From an uncultured Flavobacteriales bacterium (lineage in GTDB: Bacteria > Bacteroidota > Bacteroidia > Flavobacteriales > BACL11), in the NCBI GenBank assembly GCA_943788405.1, contig CALSQD010000002.1, positions 172,850-236,849 of the forward strand: 64,000 nucleotides of DNA, in the 5' to 3' direction. The position numbers were made by a program, and so were the translations under genes. Below, one piece after another: positions 1-10,089 of this stretch; the first letter of the stretch is position 1; every line of letters begins with the position of its first letter. Under the pieces are notes generated by a model. It was given only the letters and a program-made list of their open reading frames with translations. It was not told the DNA's origin and ran no database searches.

Positions 1-1127
1 ATTTTATTAATTGTTTTTTTGCTTTTACTGTAAATATATAATGCAAGTGGTTTTTCTCTTTCCTTTATTTTTGCAATTACTTCATCTAAATTATTGAAAG
101 AAATAACAGGGAGTAATGGTCCGAAAATTTCATCTTTCATTATTGTATTTTCAAAACTGATGTTTTGTAAAAGGGTAGGTTGTATTATTCTTTCGGATGC
201 ATTTTGTTCTCCTCCATAACAAATCTTATCTTTTGGGATGAGGTTTGTTAATCTTTGGAAATGTGCATCATTAATGATTTGAACATAATTTTCGTTAATA
301 GTATTTCCGATAGGGTAAGCAAGTTCTATTTCTGATTTTAGTGCTGCTAATAATTTGTGTTCAATTTCTTTTTCTACTAACAAATAATCGGGGGCAATGC
401 AAGTTTGTCCTGCATTTAGGAATTTTGCCCAAACAATTCGTTTTGCCGTTAGTTTTATATCACAGTCCTTAAATATAAAAGTAGGACTTTTGCCTCCTAG
501 CTCTAAAGTGACAGGAGTTAAATTTTCTGCAGCTGCTTTGTAAACAATCCTCCCCACATTAGTACTTCCTGTAAAGAAGATTTTATCCCATTTTTGCTGT
601 AATAATTCAGTTGTAGTGTCTACTGAACCTTCTACTACTGTAAAATGTTTTGTGTCAAAATTAGTATTGATTATTTTGGCTAATACCTTACTTGTATTAT
701 TGGGAATTTCAGAAGGTTTTAACACCACAGTATTTCCTGCTGCTATTGCTGAAATGGCAGGAATAAGTGAAATTTGATAGGGATAATTCCAAGCAGAAAT
801 AACCAAAATTGTTCCTAAAGGTTCAGGAATTATAAAGCTTTTTGCTGGAAAATTGGCAAGGTTAGTTTTTACTCTTTTTCGCTTACTCCATTCTTTAAGG
901 TTACGAATTGCATCATTTAATTCATTGTAAACAAGTGCAATCTCTGCTATATAGGTTTCAAATTCTGATTTTTTAAAATCAGTATAAATAGCTTGATACA
1001 TTTGCTTTTCATTTTCTTGAATTACACTTTTTAACTTTTGTAAAGTTTTAATTCTGAAAGCAATATCTTTTGTTTTATTGCTATTGAAAAATAATTGCTG
1101 ATTGTTTATTATTGTTGAAATATCCAT
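1..1127 (-). CDS. aldehyde dehydrogenase, ALDH3/fatty-aldehyde type (C-terminus runs off the window edge)
   Basis: Partial, so absent from the ORF track. My minus-strand translation from the ATG at 1125-1127 reads MDISTIINNQQLFF...FTGSTNVGRIVYKAAAENLTPVTLELGGKSP...NAGQTCIAPDYLLV...EIFGPLLPV. ELGGKSP and GQTCIAPDY are the ALDH Glu and Cys active-site signatures. Confidence 0.85.
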   Translation of the reverse strand, partial: MDISTIINNQQLFFNSNKTKDIAFRIKTLQKLKSVIQENEKQMYQAIYTDFKKSEFETYIAEIALVYNELNDAIRNLKEWSKRKRVKTNLANFPAKSFIIPEPLGTILVISAWNYPYQISLIPAISAIAAGNTVVLKPSEIPNNTSKVLAKIINTNFDTKHFTVVEGSVDTTTELLQQKWDKIFFTGSTNVGRIVYKAAAENLTPVTLELGGKSPTFIFKDCDIKLTAKRIVWAKFLNAGQTCIAPDYLLVEKEIEHKLLAALKSEIELAYPIGNTINENYVQIINDAHFQRLTNLIPKDKICYGGEQNASERIIQPTLLQNISFENTIMKDEIFGPLLPVISFNNLDEVIAKIKEREKPLALYIYSKSKKTINK

Positions 1128-1147
1128 ATCTGTCAAAGATAAGCTAA

Positions 1148-1951
1148 TTATTTACGCCCTTTAAAATCATCCATAGTTTTGTAAATTCCCATGATGCTGC
1201 CTGCAAACCAATCGAATATATTTACCGACATAAAGGCTTGCCCAAAGCGAGTAAAACGATAAATACAACCAGGAATAGCAATAATTTTATTGTTCTTTTC
1301 TATAGCTTTAATAATGGTGAGTGCGGCTGCCTGAGCATCTAAAATTGGGATACGAGATTGTACGCCATCAAACATTCCTGTATTAATATAGTAGGGGAGA
1401 ATAGTTGTAACTTTAATGTCTTTTTTAAGTTGTTTCATTTCCAAACGCAAACTATCCGACCATGCAAAAACAGCCCATTTACTTGCTGCATACACTGACA
1501 TTTTAGGATTAGAAACCAAACTTGCAGAAGAAGCTATATTGCAAATATGTCCAGCATTTTTCTCCATCATTTCTGATAAAAACTGATTGCAAATATGCAT
1601 AGGAGCGGAGCTGTTAATACTTAAAGTTTTATCAATTTGAGTTGCAGTATGCTCATGAAAATATTTCCCTACCACTATTCCTGCATTGTTAATCAGGATA
1701 TCAATATTCCCATGACTTTCTTTTAGTTTTTGTGCAGTTTCTTTTATAGACTCAAGATTAGATACATCTACTAAATAGCTAGTAATATCTCCTAAATGAT
1801 TCAATTCCTTTAAAGTGTTTTCTGTGTTTTCAGTACTGATATCCCAAATAATAACTTTTGCATTTCTCTCTAAGGACAAACGACTCATTATCTTTCCAAT
1901 TCCGGATGCACCTCCTGTAATAAGTATGGTTTTATTTTTGAGTTTTGTCAT
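1148..1951 (-). CDS. short-chain dehydrogenase/reductase (SDR)
   Basis: 267-aa ORF with TGGASGIGK (TGxxxGxG), NNAG and YAASK (YxxxK) motifs. Confidence 0.85.
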   Translation of the reverse strand: MTKLKNKTILITGGASGIGKIMSRLSLERNAKVIIWDISTENTENTLKELNHLGDITSYLVDVSNLESIKETAQKLKESHGNIDILINNAGIVVGKYFHEHTATQIDKTLSINSSAPMHICNQFLSEMMEKNAGHICNIASSASLVSNPKMSVYAASKWAVFAWSDSLRLEMKQLKKDIKVTTILPYYINTGMFDGVQSRIPILDAQAAALTIIKAIEKNNKIIAIPGCIYRFTRFGQAFMSVNIFDWFAGSIMGIYKTMDDFKGRK

Positions 1952-2021
1952 TTTATAAAAGTAATAAATATAAAAAGAAAATCCCCAACAAAATGCTGAG
2001 GGTTTTCAAATTACTTACTGA

Positions 2022-3797
2022 TTAAAAACAATATTTATTCTCCTCAATCAATTTTGCTGCAATGTCTCTTCTCATCTGTTTAGGGTTAATTGTATATCCT
2101 TTTGTAAATCGTTTTAATCCCATCAACAACATTCTTTGTTCGTCTCCTTCTGCAAAAGATAAAATCACTTCTTCTCCTGATTTTTGACAGTTTTTAATAG
2201 AAGAGTACAAGAATAATTTACTCATATTTATTTTGTGTTGTGTCGCTTCTTCTCCATCTTTACTTGCCAATTTCTCAGCTCTTAAAATTGCAGATTCTGC
2301 TGTGTACACTTCAATAACCATATCGGCTAAGTTCATTAATATTTCTTGTTCTCTTTCAATAGTCATAGCATAATGTTGTGCTGCTTTTCCTGCACACATT
2401 AAAATTGCTTTTTTCATTTTTTTAATTTGTTCTTTTTCTACTGCAAAAAGTACGCTATCGTCTGGTTTGTCAAAAGAAGGAATGCTCATTAAATCTTCTG
2501 CAACTTTCATGGCTGCTCCCATAATGTCTAACTGCCCTTTCATTGCTTTTTTCAATATCATTCCCACCAATAACATTCTATTAATTTCGTTTGTTCCTTC
2601 ATATATTCTTGCAATTCTTGCATCACGGTAGGCTGCTTCCATTGGCGCATCTGCCGAATATCCCATTCCTCCATAAATTTGGATTCCTTCATCCGAACAG
2701 AATTGTATAGTTTCTGATCCTAGTACTTTTACGATAGAACATTCAATTGCGTATTCCTCAATTCCTTTTAAGTGTGCTTGCTGATGATCCACCCCCTCAT
2801 CTTCTAATCTTAAAATATTTTTCTCAATATCATTTCCTGATCGGTAAGTTGCGGATTCAATAGCATAAGTTCTTACGGCCATATCTGCCAACTTATGTTT
2901 TATAGCTCCAAATTTTGCAATTTGAATACCAAATTGTATACGCTCATTTGCATAATTAGTGGATAGTCCTATTACTCTTCTACAAGCATCTAATACTGCT
3001 GCAGAAAGTTTAATTCTACCCACATTAAGTGCGTTCATTGCAATTTTAAACCCGTTTTCTCTACCTCCTAATAAACTTTCAACAGGTACTTTTACTTCAT
3101 TGAAAAATACTTGGCGAGTAGAGGAGGAGTTCAATCCTAATTTGTGTTCTTCTTCCCCTAAAGTGATGCCTTCCATTCCTTTTTCCAAGATGAAACCAGT
3201 AATATTTTTGTCGTCTTCAATTCTTGCAAATACTATAAATACATCTGCAAATCCTGCATTTGAAATCCACATTTTTTGTCCTGTGATAAGATAGTGCTTC
3301 CCATCTTCAGTAAGTACAGCTTTTGTTTTTCCTGAATTTGCATCCGATCCTGCTCCAGGCTCAGTTAAACAATAACATCCCATCCACTCACCTGAAGCTA
3401 ATTTTGGTAAGTATTTTTTTCTTTGTGCATCATCACCATACAATAAAATTGGTAAAGTTCCAATTCCTGTATGGGCGCCAAATGCTGTTGAAAATGATCC
3501 GTTTGCTCCTGAAATTTTATCGCAAATAAGTACTGAAGTGTTGAATGGCATTCCCATTCCTCCATATTCTGCAGGTACGCTAATTCCCAATAATCCTAGT
3601 TCTCCTGCTTTTTTCATGCAGTCCTCCGTAAGTTTGTAGTCTTTCTTTTCAAATTGTTCTCTGTGAGGATCCAATTCTTTTTCTACAAATTCTTTAGTTG
3701 CAGATGCCATCATTAACTGGTCTTCTCCAAACTCTTCTGGAATAAATATGTCTTTTGCCTCTTGGTCTTTTATTAAAAATTCTCCTCCTTTTATCAT
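2022..3797 (-). CDS. acyl-CoA dehydrogenase, long form with extra C-terminal domain
   Basis: 591 aa with CLTEPGAGSD and IYEGTNEI motifs typical of ACADs. Sits in a beta-oxidation gene context. Confidence 0.85.
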   Translation of the reverse strand: MIKGGEFLIKDQEAKDIFIPEEFGEDQLMMASATKEFVEKELDPHREQFEKKDYKLTEDCMKKAGELGLLGISVPAEYGGMGMPFNTSVLICDKISGANGSFSTAFGAHTGIGTLPILLYGDDAQRKKYLPKLASGEWMGCYCLTEPGAGSDANSGKTKAVLTEDGKHYLITGQKMWISNAGFADVFIVFARIEDDKNITGFILEKGMEGITLGEEEHKLGLNSSSTRQVFFNEVKVPVESLLGGRENGFKIAMNALNVGRIKLSAAVLDACRRVIGLSTNYANERIQFGIQIAKFGAIKHKLADMAVRTYAIESATYRSGNDIEKNILRLEDEGVDHQQAHLKGIEEYAIECSIVKVLGSETIQFCSDEGIQIYGGMGYSADAPMEAAYRDARIARIYEGTNEINRMLLVGMILKKAMKGQLDIMGAAMKVAEDLMSIPSFDKPDDSVLFAVEKEQIKKMKKAILMCAGKAAQHYAMTIEREQEILMNLADMVIEVYTAESAILRAEKLASKDGEEATQHKINMSKLFLYSSIKNCQKSGEEVILSFAEGDEQRMLLMGLKRFTKGYTINPKQMRRDIAAKLIEENKYCF

Positions 3798-3857
3798 CTG
3801 TTTTATATTTTTTTTAGTTGTCAGAATATTTTCTGAGCACTAGAAATGATTAACTAA

Positions 3858-5036
3858 TTATAATACCTCAAATATTCCGGATGCACCTTGTCCTGCACCT
3901 ACACACATGGTAACCATTCCGTATTTTTGATTTCTTCTTTTCATTTCATTGATTAGTTGAACGGTAAGTTTTCCTCCAGTACATCCTAGTGGATGTCCTA
4001 AGGCAATTGCACCACCATTTACATTTACAATATCTTGGTTCAATCCTAATTCACGAATTACTGCTAAGGCCTGTGATGCAAAGGCTTCATTCAATTCAAT
4101 TTGTTCCATGTCTTTTAACTTTAATCCTGCTTTTTCAAGTGCCATTGGTATCGCTTCAACTGGTCCTATCCCCATATGCTTTGGTTCAACACCTGCTACC
4201 GAATAGCTCAATAATTTTGCAATTGGTTTTACCCCTAATTCATTCACCATTTTTTCTGACATAAGAATTACAAATGCTGCTCCATCAGAAGTTTGTGAAG
4301 CGTTTGCTGCAGTAACGGTTCCTTCTTGTGCAAAAACTGGTCTTAGTCTTGCTAATCCTTTAGCAGAACCTCCTTTTCTTGGTCCTTCATCTGTATCCAC
4401 AACATATTCTCTTTCTTGTCTTTTCTCATTTTTATCTAAGTAGGTTTCCTTTACAGTGATTGGTGCAATTCCACTTTTAAAATATCCCTTTTCAATAGCA
4501 TTTAATGCTTTTTGATGGGAGTTGAACGCAAATTCATCTTGGTCTTTTCTGCTGATATTCCATTTTTTGGCTACTGCTTCTGCAGTAAGTCCCATGTTCC
4601 AATACCAATCAGAATTGTTTTTTGCTACATCATAATTTGGTATAATTCTCCACCCACCAAAAGGGATAGGGGACATACACTCCACACCTCCTGCAATAAT
4701 GCAGTCTGCCATTCCACTTTGTATTTTTGCATTGGCAATAGCAATGGTTTCTAGTCCTGAGGAACAGTATCTATTTACGGTCATTCCCGGTACTTTTATG
4801 GTGTCCAATCCCATTAAAGAAATCATACGCCCAATATTCAATCCTTGCTCTGCTTCAGGAGTTGCGTTACCGCAAATTACATCATCAATTTTATCTTTAT
4901 CTAATTCAGGAACGGATGCTACTAAATGTTTAATTACATCTGCAGCTAAATCATCAGGGCGAGTAAATTTAAAAACTCCTTTTCCTGATTTTCCTACTGC
5001 TGATCGGTATCCTGCTACTATATATGCTGTATTCAT
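3858..5036 (-). CDS. fadA: acetyl-CoA C-acyltransferase (3-ketoacyl-CoA thiolase)
   Basis: 392 aa with NRYCSSGLE (active-site Cys), NVNGGAIALGHPLGCTG and a C-terminal CVGAGQG. Confidence 0.9.
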   Translation of the reverse strand: MNTAYIVAGYRSAVGKSGKGVFKFTRPDDLAADVIKHLVASVPELDKDKIDDVICGNATPEAEQGLNIGRMISLMGLDTIKVPGMTVNRYCSSGLETIAIANAKIQSGMADCIIAGGVECMSPIPFGGWRIIPNYDVAKNNSDWYWNMGLTAEAVAKKWNISRKDQDEFAFNSHQKALNAIEKGYFKSGIAPITVKETYLDKNEKRQEREYVVDTDEGPRKGGSAKGLARLRPVFAQEGTVTAANASQTSDGAAFVILMSEKMVNELGVKPIAKLLSYSVAGVEPKHMGIGPVEAIPMALEKAGLKLKDMEQIELNEAFASQALAVIRELGLNQDIVNVNGGAIALGHPLGCTGGKLTVQLINEMKRRNQKYGMVTMCVGAGQGASGIFEVL

Positions 5037-5039
5037 AAT

Positions 5040-5522
5040 TTAATTGTTTATTATTAATTGCCAATATCCTACATCAATCCATTTATTGAATTTGTACCCA
5101 ACCTCTTTAAAATTGGCTACTTTTGTGTATCCTAATTTTTCGTGCAATTTCACACTTGAAGCATTAGGAAGAGAAATTCCTCCAATTATGGTGTGAGGGT
5201 TTAGATATTTTGATTGTTCTATTAATTGTTTGTAAAGTTTATAACCAATTCCTTTTTTTGTTTCTGATTGGAGAAGGTAAATGGTGCTTTCGTAAGAATT
5301 CCTGTAACTGCACCTGGATTTCCATTTAGATAGATATGCAAAACCAACAATTGAAGTATTGTTTTCGTACACTAAATAAGGTAATTTACTTTCTAGAAGT
5401 CTTTCTTTCATTTCTATTATACTTATATTATTTTCTTCAAAAGTGGAAATGGAATTTTGGACATAGTAATTGTATATATTACAAATATCTTTCAAATCTT
5501 TTATGTTTACTTTTCTAATCAC
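5040..5522 (-). CDS. GNAT N-acetyltransferase, phosphinothricin/methionine-sulfoximine acetyltransferase-like (PAT/YncA type)
   Basis: 160 aa with a GNAT core (KKGIGYKLYKQLIE) and HEKLGYTKVANFKEVGYKFNKWIDVGYWQ, which resembles PAT-family tails. Gaps to both neighbours are only 1-3 nt. Confidence 0.65.
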   Translation of the reverse strand: MIRKVNIKDLKDICNIYNYYVQNSISTFEENNISIIEMKERLLESKLPYLVYENNTSIVGFAYLSKWKSRCSYRNSYESTIYLLQSETKKGIGYKLYKQLIEQSKYLNPHTIIGGISLPNASSVKLHEKLGYTKVANFKEVGYKFNKWIDVGYWQLIINN

Positions 5523-5523
5523 C

Positions 5524-7914
5524 TTAGTTCCTCAATGGTTTTCCTTTCTTTAACATGTGCTCAATTCTCTCTAAAGTTTTTCTTTCTCCACAAAGGGATA
5601 AGAATGCTTCTCTTTCTAAGTCTAATAAATATTGCTCAGAAACTAGAGTTGGTGCAGATAAATCCCCACCACAAATTGCATAGGCTAATTTTTCGGACAT
5701 TAGTTTTTCGTGTTCTGTAATATATCCTGCTGCATGCATACTATGTGTACCAACCATAAACATTCCTAGTCCATCTTTCCCTAAAGCTTTTATCTTTTCA
5801 GGTACTGGCTGGCTATATCCTTGGTTTGCTAGGTTAAGTGCTGCAGCTTTTGCATCCGTAATTAAGTTGTTGAAACCAACAGTTACTTTGTCTCTATTTT
5901 TTAATAATAAATCTAATTCAATGGCTTCTTGTGCTGAGGTAGCAACTTTTGCCATTCCTATATTTAAGTACCTTTCTTTTAGTGTTGGTAGTTGTATGTC
6001 TCCAGAAAAATATGCATCAGATGCTCTTTTTGCCATTTCTTTAGTTCCACCACCACCTGGGATAACACCAACTCCCATTTCCACTAAACCGATATAAGTT
6101 TCTGCTGATGCTTGTACATGGTCGGCATGTAAAGCTATTTCACAACCACCACCTAAAGTCATTCCGTGTGTTGCAACTACTACAGGAATAGATGAGTTTC
6201 TAATTCTTCCAGTTGTGTTTTGGAAAGCACGAACTGCAAAATCAATTTCTTCATATTCTTGTTCAATTGCCATCATAAATATCATAGCAATATTTGCTCC
6301 AACTGAAAAGTTAGTTCCTTGGTTGGCGATAACTAATCCTTTGTGATTTTTTTCTGCAATTTCAATAGACTTTTGGATTCCTTCTAAAACTTCACCTCCT
6401 ATAGAGTTCATTTTTGTTCTCCATTCTAAGTTTACAATTCCATCACCAATATCTGTAAGGTTACACCCAGAATTACTCCAAATAGTATTATTATCACGGA
6501 TGTGTTCTAACACAATAAAGTTCTCCATACCAGCAACTTTCTCTTTTGCTTTTGATGGGATATTGTAATAATTTAAAGTCCCATTTTCTGTTGTGTAGAA
6601 AGAAGTAGTTCCTGATTTTACCATATCGTAAACCCAAGGAGCTGCTTTGTGTCCTTCCTCCTCCATTTTGGATAATGTTTTTTCAACATCTAAAGCATCC
6701 CACATTTGGAACGGACCAATTTCCCAACCAAAACCAGCACAAAGTGCTCTGTCAATTTTGTAAAGGTCATCTGTTATTTCAGGTATTCTGTGCGATACAT
6801 AAGCAAATGCACTATAGAATGATTTACGATAAAATTCTCCTGCCTTATCTTTTCCTTTTACTAATATTTTTAATCTTTTTAAAAGGTCATCCTCTTGTTT
6901 TGCTGCTGCAATAGTTGCGAATTTTGCTCTTTGTTTTGGAGCGTATTCCATAGTGTTGAGGTTTAGTGCCTCAATTATTCTTTTTCCATTTGCATCTTTT
7001 GATTTTTTATAAAAACCTTGCTTAGTTTTATCTCCTAACCATTTGTTTTTACTCATTTTTGTGATGAACTCTGGTAATTCAAAATTACTTCTGTTTTCAT
7101 CATCAGGGCAATTTTCATACACTCCATTTGCAACATGAATTAAAGTATCTAATCCTACTAAATCGCAAGTACGGAAAGTTGCCGATTTTGGTCGGCCAAT
7201 AATAGGTCCGCTCAATGAATCTACTTCCTCCACTGTTAAGTTTAACTCTTTTACTAAATGGAAAAGGGACATAATGTTTGCTACTCCAATTCTGTTGGCA
7301 ATAAATGCAGGAGTGTCTTTACAAAGCACCATGTCTTTTCCTAAAAACTTGTCTCCATAATGCATAAGGAAATCAGTTACCTGAATATCTGTTTTAGTAG
7401 TTGGAATAATTTCCAATAATTTCAAATATCTTGGAGGATTGAAAAAGTGTGTTCCGCAAAAGTGTTTTTGGAAATCTTCAGATCTTCCGTCAATCATGCT
7501 TTCAATCGGGATTCCTGAAGTGTTAGAAGAAATTAAAGTGCCATCAGTTCTGAATTTTTCTATCTTTTCAAAAACCTGTTTTTTAATGTCTAATCTTTCT
7601 ACAACTACCTCAATAATCCAATCTGCATCTGCAATTTTATGCAAATCATCATCCAAGTTTCCAGTTGTAATTCTGCTTACAAACTCCTTGCTATAAATAG
7701 GAGATGGTTTGCTTTTTAAAGTGCTTTTTAGTGCATCATTTACAATAGAGTTTCTTATTTTTTTGTCTTGTTTTTGCTCCTGTGTTAAGTCAAAAGGAAC
7801 AATATCCAAGAGTAAAACTTCCACTCCAATATTTGCAAAATGACAAGCTATACGCGATCCCATAATTCCGGAACCAACTACCGCTACTTTGTTAATGTGT
7901 CTATTTCTTTTCAT
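5524..7914 (-). CDS. bifunctional 3-hydroxyacyl-CoA dehydrogenase / enoyl-CoA hydratase-isomerase
   Basis: 796 aa. N-terminal Rossmann motif VAVVGSGIMGSRIA (HAD domain) and a C-terminal crotonase-like segment HGMTLGGGCEIALHADH. Confidence 0.85.
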   Translation of the reverse strand: MKRNRHINKVAVVGSGIMGSRIACHFANIGVEVLLLDIVPFDLTQEQKQDKKIRNSIVNDALKSTLKSKPSPIYSKEFVSRITTGNLDDDLHKIADADWIIEVVVERLDIKKQVFEKIEKFRTDGTLISSNTSGIPIESMIDGRSEDFQKHFCGTHFFNPPRYLKLLEIIPTTKTDIQVTDFLMHYGDKFLGKDMVLCKDTPAFIANRIGVANIMSLFHLVKELNLTVEEVDSLSGPIIGRPKSATFRTCDLVGLDTLIHVANGVYENCPDDENRSNFELPEFITKMSKNKWLGDKTKQGFYKKSKDANGKRIIEALNLNTMEYAPKQRAKFATIAAAKQEDDLLKRLKILVKGKDKAGEFYRKSFYSAFAYVSHRIPEITDDLYKIDRALCAGFGWEIGPFQMWDALDVEKTLSKMEEEGHKAAPWVYDMVKSGTTSFYTTENGTLNYYNIPSKAKEKVAGMENFIVLEHIRDNNTIWSNSGCNLTDIGDGIVNLEWRTKMNSIGGEVLEGIQKSIEIAEKNHKGLVIANQGTNFSVGANIAMIFMMAIEQEYEEIDFAVRAFQNTTGRIRNSSIPVVVATHGMTLGGGCEIALHADHVQASAETYIGLVEMGVGVIPGGGGTKEMAKRASDAYFSGDIQLPTLKERYLNIGMAKVATSAQEAIELDLLLKNRDKVTVGFNNLITDAKAAALNLANQGYSQPVPEKIKALGKDGLGMFMVGTHSMHAAGYITEHEKLMSEKLAYAICGGDLSAPTLVSEQYLLDLEREAFLSLCGERKTLERIEHMLKKGKPLRN

Positions 7915-8329
7915 CTATAATTTTATTTATCTTTTTTAGTATTGCAAAGAAGGTATCCATTTCTTCTTTTTCAAAATGTGATTGTATTGTTTCATTAAAT
8001 TCTATAACTACTCCTTTAGCAACTTCACGCCAATCCATACCTAAAGGGGTAAGGTGAATTACTGATTTTCGCTTATCATTTGGGTCAGGTTTTCGTTCAA
8101 TTACACCTGCATCCTCCAATTTATTAAGCGAGCGAGATAGGGAAGTTGCTTCCATTCCCATATTTGGCCCGAGTTGTGTAGAGGGTGTTCCTTCAGATAT
8201 ATCTATATTCAAAATAATCATCCCTAAAGCCATACTTGCCATGTATTCTGTAGCAGTACGGTTGTACATTTTGGTAATATTGTACCAGGTTCTTCTTATG
8301 TTATAGTCAATAGTTTCTTCTTGTTCCAT
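7901..8329 (-). CDS. MarR-family transcriptional regulator (probable fad operon regulator)
   Basis: 142 aa with winged-HTH-like TQLGPNMGMEATSLSRSLNKLEDAGVIERKPDPNDKRKSVIHLTPLG. Overlaps the downstream dehydrogenase start by 14 nt. Confidence 0.8.
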   Translation of the reverse strand: MEQEETIDYNIRRTWYNITKMYNRTATEYMASMALGMIILNIDISEGTPSTQLGPNMGMEATSLSRSLNKLEDAGVIERKPDPNDKRKSVIHLTPLGMDWREVAKGVVIEFNETIQSHFEKEEMDTFFAILKKINKIIDEKK

Positions 8330-8363
8330 GTTTTAAAAATTAGGTTACGAATATATAAAAAAT

Positions 8364-8379
8364 ACTATGCGTGCATAGT
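8364..8379. promoter_or_regulatory. palindromic operator candidate 1 (ACTATGC-GT-GCATAGT)
   Basis: Perfect 7-nt inverted arms read directly from the sequence, in the divergent marR/acyl-CoA ligase intergenic region. Confidence 0.55.
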
Positions 8380-8394
8380 AAATTTACTTTTTAT

Positions 8395-8406
8395 TATGCG
8401 TGCATA
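8395..8406. promoter_or_regulatory. palindromic operator candidate 2 (TATGC-GT-GCATA)
   Basis: Second copy of the TATGCGTGCATA core, 29 bp centre-to-centre from site 1. Confidence 0.5.
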
Positions 8407-8457
8407 CTAAATAATGAAAAAAAGTGTACTTTTAGCAAAACGAATTAAGACTATCAG

Positions 8458-10089
8458 ATGAACTATTTATCACCTTTAGAAATGCTCTATAAATGGGAGC
8501 AAGAGAAACCAAATGAAATATATTTAAGCCAACCTATAAATGGCGTTTGGCATAACTGGACATGGAAAGAAGTAGGGGAGGAAGTTAGAAAAATGACTGC
8601 TTATTTACAGTCATTAGATTTACCAAAACAGACTAAAATTGGAATTCTATCAAAGAATTGTGCGCATTGGATAATGAGTGATTTGGCAATAATGATGTCA
8701 GGTCATACCTCAGTTCCTTTGTATCCGAATTTGAGTGCTGACACATTAAATAAAATTTTAATTCATTCTGAAACAAAAGTGTTGTTTGTTGGGAAACTAG
8801 ATAATTTTTCAGCAATGCAGCCTGGTATTCCAGCTGATATCCCATGTATTACTTATCCTCATTATAGTGAGGATTATCCTAAATGGGATGATTTGACAAA
8901 AGACATTTCTCCACTTACTGATAATGTAATGAGAGAGGAAATGGAATTAGCAACTATTATTTATACTTCAGGAACGACAGGGGACCCAAAAGGAGTAATG
9001 CATAAATTCTATAATTTTAGTTTTGCAACTACTAATGCTGTAAAGGCATTGCCTTTTAGTAATGAATCCTTCTTTTCGTACTTACCACTTTGTCATATTG
9101 CTGAGCGTTTATTGGTAATGATGGGTAGTTTGTATACAGGAGGAAAAGTGTCTTTTGCTGAGAGTTTGGATACTTTTGCAGCAAATTTATCGGAGGCTTC
9201 TCCATCAGTGTTTTTAGGAGTGCCTAGAATTTGGACTAAATTTCAGCAAGGAATATTGGGGAAATTACCTCAAAAGAAACTGAATGTATTATTAAGTATT
9301 CCTATTGTGTCTACTTTAATAAAAAAGAAGATACAAAAAGGATTGGGTTTAAGTAAGGCTAAGAATATTTTTACAGGAGCAGCCCCAACACCTGCAGCTA
9401 CTATCAGATGGTTTGAAAAGTTAGGCATTAAAATACAAGAGGCTTATGCTATGACGGAAAACACTTGTTATTCGCATGTGAGTTTCAAAAGTAAGATAAA
9501 AATTGGTTCGGTAGGGCAGGCCTTGCCACTTTGTGATGTGAAATTATCCGACCAAAATGAGATTTTAATAAAGCATGATGCCTTAATGGATGGTTATTAT
9601 AAGGATGAAACAGAAACTAATAAAACGATAATTGACGGTTGGTTGCATACGGGTGATGAAGGAGCAATTGATGAGAATGGTTTCTTAACTATTACGGGTA
9701 GGGTTAAGGATATTTTTAAAACAAGTAAAGGGAAATATGTAGCACCTTCTCCAATTGAAATGAAACTTTCTGCTAACAAAAACTTAGAGCAAATTTGTGT
9801 TGTAGGAGATGGAATTCCTCAGCCAATTGTTTTGGTTGTACTTTCAGAAAGAGGAAAAGCAAAAACTAAGGAAGATTTAGTTGCTAGTTTAACTAAAACT
9901 ATGGAAGTGGTTAATCCTAAATTAGACAAGCACGAAAAATTACACAATATAGTTGTGGTTGCTGAGGATTGGACGATAGAAAATAAATTATTGACGCCAA
10001 CCATGAAAATAAAGCGTAATGCAATTGAGAAAATTTACAAAAGGAATTATGCTGCTTGGTATGAAGGAGAAAGAATTACTCTCCTTTAG
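8458..10089 (+). CDS. long-chain fatty acid--CoA ligase (AMP-forming)
   Basis: 543 aa with the AMP-binding motif IIYTSGTTGDPKGVMH, plus TGDEGAIDENGFLTITGRVKD and a C-terminal PTMKIKR. Confidence 0.85.
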   Translation: MNYLSPLEMLYKWEQEKPNEIYLSQPINGVWHNWTWKEVGEEVRKMTAYLQSLDLPKQTKIGILSKNCAHWIMSDLAIMMSGHTSVPLYPNLSADTLNKILIHSETKVLFVGKLDNFSAMQPGIPADIPCITYPHYSEDYPKWDDLTKDISPLTDNVMREEMELATIIYTSGTTGDPKGVMHKFYNFSFATTNAVKALPFSNESFFSYLPLCHIAERLLVMMGSLYTGGKVSFAESLDTFAANLSEASPSVFLGVPRIWTKFQQGILGKLPQKKLNVLLSIPIVSTLIKKKIQKGLGLSKAKNIFTGAAPTPAATIRWFEKLGIKIQEAYAMTENTCYSHVSFKSKIKIGSVGQALPLCDVKLSDQNEILIKHDALMDGYYKDETETNKTIIDGWLHTGDEGAIDENGFLTITGRVKDIFKTSKGKYVAPSPIEMKLSANKNLEQICVVGDGIPQPIVLVVLSERGKAKTKEDLVASLTKTMEVVNPKLDKHEKLHNIVVVAEDWTIENKLLTPTMKIKRNAIEKIYKRNYAAWYEGERITLL

